The notes beneath the pieces are model-generated. The model ran no database searches and was not told the origin of the DNA. It was given only the letters and a program-made list of their open reading frames with translations. Position numbers and translations under genes: made by a program. From a virus (taxonomy: Duplodnaviria; Caudoviricetes), in IMG/VR virus record IMGVR_UViG_3300010163_000001, positions 160,001-224,000 of that record: DNA of 64,000 bases, one strand, 5' to 3'. Below are positions 50,801 to 58,409 of this stretch, piece after piece. Every line of letters starts with the position of its first letter. The stretch's first letter is position 1.

Positions 50801-50981
50801 CGAAGTAATAAATAATTTTGTTGACGAAATCGTTTCTATCAATGATAAACATAATCCAGTATCTGAAGAATTCTCATTGGTTACACAAGTAATATCAAAA
50901 TTGAAAACTTCATATATAACATCTTCTACGAAATTGGAAGATGACATAATTCTTGTGTTCGAGTATAAAGAGGAAGAATAA
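47814..50981 (+). CDS. putative baseplate wedge / virion structural protein (1055 aa)
   Basis: YGVPYY...INLLIGCKGSPEVFFKIFDLFG resembles P2 gpI/T4 gp7-like wedge proteins. Confidence 0.55.
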   Translation: MAKYSSDTFFEELLRISSNIIWKNPEKALKGEVDVSPIDVEQYNLAVRGTLTFDLIHKFEKDVLLKFGFDEEMAESCIYDPYRIPEAMRDSITKAHIEYIKENYEEKNNYYRMLNGLPDIEDTDFVYNTKYPDISSPNIPIHLLDINAINQLDREGYLDELIQKYPEKEYLNHLSDKKISIYNSRNIADFGILWIINSEYDNLLRDFKDTYSECRNMVTTVYYQKEMYQTNSEYTGFIGLIILFSTIMQMYRKCLDTDITRDFYDNESLQYVYESYGVPYYDSLPMEYHKKIIKNINLLIGCKGSPEVFFKIFDLFGFGSTSLYAYFILKTHRFVNGKPIFPKDENGNLNLREMYDIKFSKVKLWDSPSLEVRDPKNYSSYDDMTRDDPYWINDENLLNKIYEEEYNYRETKYFGIQTTFNLMKIIYESTYYFKMILDNRELLPYTKIYNSTLQQEVTLFDMIIYLCAIIIRKYGYMGNIPDEPHAIGRFMGFNFQEDLTILKENITSNDYLKNDAELLDYLTLMPVSSLDAIRIVYGKMVNLRRYLANKMFETDDPDIYHAYYELYQTLMYSEYTKETFTKSDGTQANTFEELLSDSNPTLYARYLNEDIDFDMEITSTLFFLENSCDLLNQLQFLSLPNSNFLLENIFKLLEYFKSAKTDLTGYNIIYSLVSDVDNYFKLMNIISYIYDDYSEQPLESIIDYLNDIIAYIKERQYLYAKYFLKDDISLDETVYLPPVALYLRDYIANMIEIVFGITEDLFYKEEVKIEEIFILPNDQFPFSDDLSLIYDEVMEKLIEYVEELFPIYTNIKEMAERFLPVESQNLFISRLMCLELIKIKHTTYYLKDQDPKIKDVTNQEFKYMLDFIFHSCMDNSKLTENILTGDLIAKYFEEHGLSDSYRLKMSEPKIHDSETFKSEFMIINIINIYIEKLHLKDEIFTEDLISRYLEKINNHASFTLIDDYKDKLIYEIIIDMEENPIYYLDHLIDKLSIYFIEVINNFVDEIVSINDKHNPVSEEFSLVTQVISKLKTSYITSSTKLEDDIILVFEYKEEE

Positions 50982-51033
50982 ACCAAATGAAACATTACAA
51001 TAATTGAAAACAGAAAAGGAGGATCATATTAAT

Positions 51034-51888
51034 ATGAAACCAATAATTTTAACTGATCAGATGGCATTAGCCGACATGTTTTCCAGAGGAAAAGACATAT
51101 ATAAAAAAAATCAAGGAATGCCTGTAATGGCAGGGTTTTTATATGAAAAGATGGGTGATGATGGATTTGGAAATCCACTCCTCAAAAAAGTAGGAGAAAA
51201 TACAGTTGTAGTTGGGGGAGCTATTACATCATTGGAACATCTTTGCAATGTTGATGCAAATTGGAAACCTAAAACTTTGAATGAAATTATGAATATTAAC
51301 GCAAGTGAGACTGGAGATCTTGGTAAAGATTTTATTGCACTATTCGGAATTGGTATTGGTGGTTCAGGATTGCAGTTTGGCTCTGTGGCAGAAAAAGATA
51401 TTAAGCGTAGAGATGTCCCAGATATAATTCCTTTAAGAAGAAATACCATTATTACAGGTGATGACGCTAATAAATATTGGTTCAAGAAGGATAATGGAGA
51501 TGGTACATTTGATTGGTATCTTAAGGAGTTTGCTCAGGATATCATCATTAAGACATGGTGGAAAGATGGGGCAGATGATGAAGCTGATGGTACAGAAATC
51601 ACTGCAGAAATCCATGATTCTACAAGGACAGAAAAGATACAGTCGTTTGCCGAACTTGTTTTAGACTTTAATACAGATGATGTTCGGGAATATTATGAAT
51701 CAACCGGAAGTCTGGATTCAGCAAGATATAATTCCATTGGTATTTATACTGGACAAAAGAAAACTCTTGCAAATGGAGAAACTGATTATGTAAACGTCCG
51801 GCTGTTCTCATACTTAAATATTGATAACAAATCTGTAAAGATCAAAACAGCTTCTCAATATGTTTATAGGATATTATCACTTGTTTAA
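51034..51888 (+). CDS. putative baseplate/tail-fibre attachment structural protein
   Basis: ENTVVVGG, LFGIGIGG, IGIYTG, LFSYLN pattern; ATG 51034 after AAGGAGG; AACA-N6-TA at 50991. Confidence 0.55.
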   Translation: MKPIILTDQMALADMFSRGKDIYKKNQGMPVMAGFLYEKMGDDGFGNPLLKKVGENTVVVGGAITSLEHLCNVDANWKPKTLNEIMNINASETGDLGKDFIALFGIGIGGSGLQFGSVAEKDIKRRDVPDIIPLRRNTIITGDDANKYWFKKDNGDGTFDWYLKEFAQDIIIKTWWKDGADDEADGTEITAEIHDSTRTEKIQSFAELVLDFNTDDVREYYESTGSLDSARYNSIGIYTGQKKTLANGETDYVNVRLFSYLNIDNKSVKIKTASQYVYRILSLV

Positions 51889-51889
51889 A

Positions 51890-51926
51890 AAATAAGGTGT
51901 GAATCGAAATGATTCACACCTTATTT
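51890..51926. terminator. bidirectional terminator between the + gene and the end of pentamer array 1
   Basis: aaataaggtgtgaatc-gaaat-gattcacaccttattt. Confidence 0.75.
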
Positions 51927-51928
51927 AG

Positions 51929-52453
51929 TTTACGCTACATGATTAAGCAACGCATCACACATCCACTACAAATCCAAGCAAGCCATTTCCTTTACTCAAC
52001 CACACGCCACCATGCGTCGCCTTTCCGTAACACCACTTCACACAACCTCACCTTTCCTATACCTTACTAGACACATCAATTCATAACGATACATCTCCAT
52101 AGCATTACAATACTTTACCAGTCCAGTCTATTCCATTACTTAACCTATCTTGACACAGCTTTTCCGATGCATCATATTACAATACTTGGCTCTTCCATTA
52201 CTCCACGACTCAACACTTCACTTTTCCTTAACTAGACTAAGTTGTGTGCCGCCTAACGCTTTATAGTACATTACTAAAATTAACTACTCATAACCGTGAC
52301 TCTACCACTCCATTCTATGCATAGCAGATCCATTACATCACTAAACCCAACCTCACCATTCCATTACTTAACTCTACCATTCCACTCCTTTGCACCACTC
52401 AACTTTACATATCGTCGCTATACTGAACACTACCTTTACTTTACATTACTAAA
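51929..52453 (-). repeat. non-coding 5-nt-phased array 1 (GYNNN pentamers with GGAANN linkers on the minus strand)
   Basis: Plus strand e.g. tttac tcaac cacac gccac catgc gtcgc ctttcc gtaac accac ttcac acaac ctcac ctttcc; linker spacings 36,31,41,36,31,31,31. Confidence 0.85.
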
Positions 52454-52492
52454 TGGGCAGAGAATTATTTTATCTCCGCTTTAGTGTACTTT

Positions 52493-52933
52493 TTACCAGT
52501 GTGTATCTCCATCATCGTCCATAAAATCAGATAATGATTTAGATCTTCTGGGTCTGTTATAATCTCCACCAGAAGAACTATAACTTCTCGTAGAAGATTT
52601 TTTAGAGCCAATTGCCCCGGGAATAATTACGTCCGTCTGTGATTCATAATCTCCATCATCACTAGAGCTTGATACTTGATTCCGGTACAGACTGTAATAT
52701 GCTTTGCGGGCATCTTCTCCAACTTCGGCAAACTCAAATGTAATATCGGTTGAGGTTTCTGTTAATAATAGCTGCTTGACCGTACCAATTCCAAGACACC
52801 CTTTTCCAGCATATATAACAGGAACAGGTACTTCGGGTTTGATATAAACTTCTCCTGATACTGTGAATGTCACGCGATTCCAATCATCTGGATGGATTTT
52901 CTCATTCACAACAATAAAGTTCATAAATTTCAT
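52493..52933 (-). CDS. hypothetical early protein upstream of array 1
   Basis: AAGGAGG SD; early motif at 52967-52980. Confidence 0.8.
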   Translation of the reverse strand: MKFMNFIVVNEKIHPDDWNRVTFTVSGEVYIKPEVPVPVIYAGKGCLGIGTVKQLLLTETSTDITFEFAEVGEDARKAYYSLYRNQVSSSSDDGDYESQTDVIIPGAIGSKKSSTRSYSSSGGDYNRPRRSKSLSDFMDDDGDTHW

Positions 52934-53031
52934 TTTTATTGTCCTCCTTTTTCTTTATATTCGCATAAAAATAATATATTGTCGTAATATCTGAGCACTA
53001 TATTGGTCATATATAGTGCTCAGATATGTTT

Positions 53032-54072
53032 TTATTTCTTTTTCTTTTTAAATTTTTCAATCATCGGAGATATAGCATCCCGTATTGTGATAAGTTTTTC
53101 ATTGTATGCATCAACACCGGATTCTAAATCATAATTATCCGTTGCGATATCCATAATATTCATGATGAGCATCTCAACCCATTTGAACTTACCGTAATAT
53201 GATTTATATTCTTTTTCCCTTTTATATATTAAATATAATACATATTGTACAAAGAATGCATCGGTATCATCTTCATATAAGTCCGTAAGATACTTTTCAA
53301 ACATTGTTAACTGATTAACACTAAAGACGCTCCCGAAAGCGTGTGTTACGGATTTCTGTACACCCTTAAGCACAAAACCCTTCTTGTCCTTTAATAGGTC
53401 ATTAACAATTCTGCGCACAAGAAATTCATTATTTGGAATTTTAGACAGGATAAAGTCAACGGAATCTCGGTTAGAGAATATTTCCTCCTGATTCTTGTAA
53501 AATTGCATTACTCTCTTTTTTTGTGATTGATTTTTAATTTCTTCTGCTTTCTTTTCATTTTTAGCAATAATTTCAAGCATCATGGAAGACATATAAGATG
53601 TTGTTTTAGGAATATCATCAAACTCTTTAAGCCTTTCTTCAATCTCTTTGGATATGATGTCAAGCTTTTCCATTGAATCATCATAATAACTCAGAAATTC
53701 CCTGATATCATCAGTCATATTGTCCTCTTCATTTGATGTAGCAATATCTTTTGCTAACTCAGAAGAATATTTTCCATCTTTAAAGTCTTTATTAATCTTT
53801 AGGATACTCTTAGCAGCTTCATTGGCACTTTTGAGTCCCTCTTTTTCGGTTTCTAATTCTCTTCGTAGACCTCCTAACTCAATATAATTGAAAGTCTTAA
53901 TATTTTCCCGGTAACGTTCCATATCCTTATTAGTGATTCGCATAGTAGATTTTTTTTCTGGGATATCTTCAGAAATAGAATCCTCATCAGATACCATTTT
54001 CTTTAAGTCATCTACTGATTCCATGTTTAATCCTTTTTCTTTCTGATTTCCATTTGAAACGATTGCTTCCAT
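53032..54072 (-). CDS. hypothetical coiled-coil protein (346 aa)
   Basis: AAGGAGGT SD. Confidence 0.8.
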   Translation of the reverse strand: MEAIVSNGNQKEKGLNMESVDDLKKMVSDEDSISEDIPEKKSTMRITNKDMERYRENIKTFNYIELGGLRRELETEKEGLKSANEAAKSILKINKDFKDGKYSSELAKDIATSNEEDNMTDDIREFLSYYDDSMEKLDIISKEIEERLKEFDDIPKTTSYMSSMMLEIIAKNEKKAEEIKNQSQKKRVMQFYKNQEEIFSNRDSVDFILSKIPNNEFLVRRIVNDLLKDKKGFVLKGVQKSVTHAFGSVFSVNQLTMFEKYLTDLYEDDTDAFFVQYVLYLIYKREKEYKSYYGKFKWVEMLIMNIMDIATDNYDLESGVDAYNEKLITIRDAISPMIEKFKKKKK

Positions 54073-54073
54073 T

Positions 54074-54811
54074 TTAGTTACCTCCTTCTTTTAATAAAGC
54101 TAATAATTCAAAACACACATTGCATTTTAAATCAACATTTGTTGCATACATATCATTTATTTCCGTCATAAATTCTCCAGTCATTTTTCCATCTTCCAAT
54201 AACGTTGAAATAACGTTCAGTGGAGCATAATCTGAATTAATATAAGAAATAAATGATTCTTCTGATAAAGTTGACAGAATCCATGTTGTAATATCGTAGA
54301 TATTTGAAGAAATAACAACCATTTCCGGAGTCATAAATCTCTTATTTACCATCGTGGACGCATCTTTCTTGTTTTTCTTATATTCAAACATTTCGTAGAT
54401 ATCCTTCTCGTGCTTACGAATATAATTTAAACATACTTCTTGTAAGTTGGATGGTAAATCTAAAACAAAAAAAGAATATAATGCCATGACTAAACCTGGA
54501 AGAGTATCGACATTATCTTCTTTCCATTCTTCATCTACAATGAGATGGAATTTTTTTGTAATTAAATCAATCATAATGTTGCAAATTTCTTCAAATCGCT
54601 TCTTTGTTTCTTCTATTATTTCTCCAGAATTTTCTTCTGTATCAATAATACACCGATATTTATAATATAACGGTTTAAAATGATCAACTGGGTGTGTTGA
54701 ACGGATCTCTTCGTTATTTCCTGCTATTTGACTATGAAGTAGGGTTGTGATCTCGTCCAGATTGAAAGTATCCAAGATATCGGCTACACTTTCAATAACA
54801 GTAGGTTTCAT
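54074..54811 (-). CDS. hypothetical protein (245 aa)
   Basis: AAAGGA SD. Confidence 0.8.
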   Translation of the reverse strand: MKPTVIESVADILDTFNLDEITTLLHSQIAGNNEEIRSTHPVDHFKPLYYKYRCIIDTEENSGEIIEETKKRFEEICNIMIDLITKKFHLIVDEEWKEDNVDTLPGLVMALYSFFVLDLPSNLQEVCLNYIRKHEKDIYEMFEYKKNKKDASTMVNKRFMTPEMVVISSNIYDITTWILSTLSEESFISYINSDYAPLNVISTLLEDGKMTGEFMTEINDMYATNVDLKCNVCFELLALLKEGGN

Positions 54812-54898
54812 TTTATATCATTCCTTTCTCTTTCTATTCTTTTTTATTTTTCTATCTATATAAAGTTTACTTTAAATGTCGAGATATGAATTAAAAAA

Positions 54899-54929
54899 TA
54901 AAAAAAGAAGGTTGTTAAACCTTCTTTTC
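54899..54929 (-). terminator. intrinsic terminator ending array 2
   Basis: Minus strand AAAAGAAGGTT-TAAC-AACCTTCTTTTTTT. Confidence 0.7.
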
Positions 54930-55397
54930 ATAACCGTAGATTTTACTACTACTAAACATTACTCTACCAGACTTTACCATTCCTTTTCAATACTTTTCGG
55001 AACTATTCCAGCACAACACTTAACTTTTCGACACCATTCCCATACGTCACATTACTTATCAACGCTTTTCATTTCAATACAGTGAGAATATTTTACTAAA
55101 CTAGTCCAAAGCCAAAAACCTTTTCTCCACATTACTGAACCATTCCATCACCTGACAACGCTTTACTTCTCCAATACGAGCCAATTCCACTCTGCACCAT
55201 TCCAATACACATCCGCACTTTACCCTACCATGCACAACCTTTACAAAACTAAACAAAACATCACGACGCTTTTCGTATCCATTACATTTCAACACGTTTC
55301 CTTGCTATTGCATCACATAACAATTCAGATCAGCACCTCACCATTCCATTACTTAACTCTACCATTCCACTCCTTTACATCACTAAACTTAACACTT
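54930..55397 (-). repeat. non-coding 5-nt-phased array 2
   Basis: attac tctac cagac tttac cattcc ttttc aatac ttttc ggaac tattcc agcac aacac ttaac ttttc gacac cattcc; shares 42 bp with array 1. Confidence 0.85.
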
Positions 55398-55407
55398 GTA
55401 ATATTGA

Positions 55408-55764
55408 TTATGCTTTATACATCGTGTTATGCATCAGTATTTGTTCATCAATGTCGGATTTGAAATGATCCAGGACTTCTGATAATATGCCGTCTAACAT
55501 ATCATCGGGCATATCGTCATACGAGTCTTTTATTACAAGCTTTGCATTATCAGTTGGAGCATTAATTATGCCACAGGATATTTTAAATAATCCTCTGACT
55601 AAGTACATCCCTTCTTTATACTTTTTTGCTTCATATAATGCTTTCAACGCATTATATATGTCTGTCATGTCAGAAATGCACTCCTCTGTGAATGCCCTTG
55701 TTGTTAGATTTGATCCTATCGTCTTTACAACATAACCAACAGTGTCTTTTGTTTCTTTATTCAT
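55408..55764 (-). CDS. hypothetical early protein (118 aa) upstream of array 2
   Basis: ATG 55764 (MNKETK) after AGGAGGTG; early motif at 55786-55799. Confidence 0.8.
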   Translation of the reverse strand: MNKETKDTVGYVVKTIGSNLTTRAFTEECISDMTDIYNALKALYEAKKYKEGMYLVRGLFKISCGIINAPTDNAKLVIKDSYDDMPDDMLDGILSEVLDHFKSDIDEQILMHNTMYKA

Positions 55765-55823
55765 TCTTTTCACCTCCTTCCAAGAAAAAGAATATATGAA
55801 TATAATAACGGGTAAAAATGAGG

Positions 55824-55875
55824 GTATCTTAGATACTATGATACTAGCTGGAAGAGTTGGATTTCTATGAGTATG
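55824..55875 (+). repeat. shufflon-type junction repeat, cassette A
   Basis: GTATCTTAGATACTATGATACTAGCTGGAAGAGTTGGATTTCTATGAGTATG; 51/52 identical to the inverted copy at 63531-63582. Confidence 0.85.
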
Positions 55876-58362
55876 GATGGACATACTCATGCCCGACTTG
55901 CTAGTGGGTTTTCGACGTCCAGCGGGAATTTAGATTCATATAAATCTCCTAGCTTGGTTCAAATTACATCTAAAAGTATAACAAATGGTCCTCTTACTAC
56001 TTACCCATTAGAATATGTTTGGCTTTTGGTAATCGGATGGGTAGAAGATGCACAACAAATTCTATTCACAGGATCTGCTGATGAGACATATTGCAGATAT
56101 TGTATAGATAAAACATGGTCGGAATGGGAAAAATTTGGTGGAACTCCCATCACAGTGGATGATATTGATTTAAGTAATTATGCTTTAAAGAATCATAATC
56201 ATAATGAGTATGCCAAAAATGGAATCATATATCCAGGTACTCAAGGATTTGATAATACTAGTTCCTTAGGTTCTACCGGTATATATAGTCTGATTTCAAA
56301 TACAAGTGACGCAATCCCAAATTCTCCATATAATAATTTGAATCATCGTTATTTGCTCATAAACTCTAAAACCGAAAACTCTCCTGATGCAGATAGAATA
56401 CAAATAGCAGTGTCGTACGACGATTTGTCTGTACATGTTAGGTCATTAGAAGGAACTTCAGGTAAGTGGTCTGGATGGGTTAAAGTATCTTCTGATGATT
56501 TTTTCTCTAAAACATTTATTGACGGATCAAATAAAACTATAGACTTTAATAACTATCTTACTGAAGGAATGTATAAAATAATACTAAATAATACTACTAC
56601 AGTATTAAATGCTCATCCAATACTTGAACGTGAGAGTGAAGCGGCCATTGAAATAATTATTATAGTACAAAAAATACGTCATTATGTTTATCAAGACGTT
56701 TTTATAAAAAACATGGATAATGATCATTTAAAACGCTTCATTTATTTAATCAATGGCACAGATCCAAAATTCGGAATATGGAATACTACTGAAATAGGAA
56801 AATATCAAAATTTGAATACCAGTATTAAAGATATGAACGATTTTAAATTTTTTGATTATCATGAATTGTTTTTTGACACGATCCCTGTTAAAGATGTAAA
56901 AAACATCCCAGACCAATTTACTGAAAATGATTATGCCTTATTGATACATGCAAGCGATTTGCTTGCAAATTATAATTATTCATATGCTCATCAAATAATG
57001 ATTCAATCAGAAACTACTAATATATTTATTAGAGCACTATTATCAAATGATAAATGGACTGATTGGAAAAGAATTTGTACGGATGATGAAAATGTAGCTA
57101 AATTCCCAGCTACTGGTAATATTGCACCTACAACTGAAGAAACATTAGACTTAAATACAATTATTAAAACTGGTTTGTATACAATTGACCCTAACAATGA
57201 AAAAATATTGAATGTACCAAAACTTTGGTATCATGAATCAAATGCCCCATATAATCCATTACATATGGCTTATTTAACAGTGATTAGTAATGGTTCTAAT
57301 ATCATGCAGACGATTGAGGCTGGAATGACTAATTGTATATTTAGTTTTTATTCTAGAAGAAGTAGTAATGATGGTGGAAACACCTGGAATACATGGTCAA
57401 ATAATTATTTAAACGGGAAAATATCTGGTGTAACAATAAATTCTTGGAAAAGATATATTTCAAAAGGAACAGAATCGGTATCTACGTATGATATTAATAA
57501 AGATTTAATTACCAAAAATATGTTAAGTTCACTCAATGTTTCTAAAAACTTTGCAGGGACTATCAAAAATTCGCCATTCGATAAAGGCAATACTAAATTT
57601 TGTATCCAAAATATACACAACAACTGGTGGTTTGATGTTGAAGATGATGGTACAGTAAAGAAAGGCTCCGATGATAATGGGTATATTCATCAAACAGTAT
57701 GGGATCTTCCCATGGATAATATTTATACTCGTTATGTTTTAGGAATGAGCAGGGATAATTATACTGATAACTTTACTCCATGGAAGAGAAAAAGATTTTT
57801 AGAAGACGACCAATTCACATGGCAATTAATATGGAATGGGGAACATGTGGCTCCATCATCTATGGCAGATTATCATCCTATAAAAATAAGTAACGTCACA
57901 TTAAATGTTTTAATGAAAAAAGATGATGTGTGCGTAATGTGTTATGCACCATTAAAAATAATTACAAAACGCTATTGTGGTGCAGGTGTATATAGAACCA
58001 ATGTTATTGATACTATGTTAATGTGGCAAATAACTTATAGTGAAGGTATGAGTAAGGATACTGCCATGATATGTGGTGCTTATTATCATTTTACACGTAT
58101 AGGTAATGAATTTAATAATGGCTACGTAAATTCAGATGGAAAATTTACGGATAATTATGGGTCAGTATACACCTTAGAGTCAGGCGAGTGGTATCCAGGT
58201 TATATTATAGATAGAGATAATGGTGTTAAATCTTATAATGATACATTTAATATAGAAAATGGTCCAAAAGTTCAAAAATTTGGTCCTCTCACTATATGTA
58301 TTGAATTAGGATCAGACTTTTCAGTTGGGTCAAATTTAGTAGCAGTTTATACACTACAATAA
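55825..58362 (+). CDS. silent tail-fibre C-terminal cassette A
   Basis: Frame opens at YLRYYDTSWKSW just after in-frame TGA; repeated D.N.....G.Y ... Q ... R ... W..W knob-like units; no convincing SD. Confidence 0.75.
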   Translation, partial: YLRYYDTSWKSWISMSMDGHTHARLASGFSTSSGNLDSYKSPSLVQITSKSITNGPLTTYPLEYVWLLVIGWVEDAQQILFTGSADETYCRYCIDKTWSEWEKFGGTPITVDDIDLSNYALKNHNHNEYAKNGIIYPGTQGFDNTSSLGSTGIYSLISNTSDAIPNSPYNNLNHRYLLINSKTENSPDADRIQIAVSYDDLSVHVRSLEGTSGKWSGWVKVSSDDFFSKTFIDGSNKTIDFNNYLTEGMYKIILNNTTTVLNAHPILERESEAAIEIIIIVQKIRHYVYQDVFIKNMDNDHLKRFIYLINGTDPKFGIWNTTEIGKYQNLNTSIKDMNDFKFFDYHELFFDTIPVKDVKNIPDQFTENDYALLIHASDLLANYNYSYAHQIMIQSETTNIFIRALLSNDKWTDWKRICTDDENVAKFPATGNIAPTTEETLDLNTIIKTGLYTIDPNNEKILNVPKLWYHESNAPYNPLHMAYLTVISNGSNIMQTIEAGMTNCIFSFYSRRSSNDGGNTWNTWSNNYLNGKISGVTINSWKRYISKGTESVSTYDINKDLITKNMLSSLNVSKNFAGTIKNSPFDKGNTKFCIQNIHNNWWFDVEDDGTVKKGSDDNGYIHQTVWDLPMDNIYTRYVLGMSRDNYTDNFTPWKRKRFLEDDQFTWQLIWNGEHVAPSSMADYHPIKISNVTLNVLMKKDDVCVMCYAPLKIITKRYCGAGVYRTNVIDTMLMWQITYSEGMSKDTAMICGAYYHFTRIGNEFNNGYVNSDGKFTDNYGSVYTLESGEWYPGYIIDRDNGVKSYNDTFNIENGPKVQKFGPLTICIELGSDFSVGSNLVAVYTLQ

Positions 58363-58409
58363 ATTTTTATTAGGTACTGGGATTAATTTCCCAGTACCTA
58401 ATATCATTT

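Noticed and set aside
51929-55397. CRISPR array interpretation of the ~31-bp spacing
   Set aside because: The constant element is only 4-6 nt, the intervening sequence is itself 5-nt patterned, and no cas genes are recognisable.
52296-55463. Short ORFs inside the arrays (52296..52484+, 54876..55085+, 55101..55295-, 55230..55463+)
   Set aside because: No SD, and they arise from strand compositional bias; a 5-nt period does not fit coding.
55765-55890. N-terminal 42 aa of track ORF 55408..55890
   Set aside because: It overlaps the cassette A junction antisense; a strong SD and promoter motif support ATG 55764.
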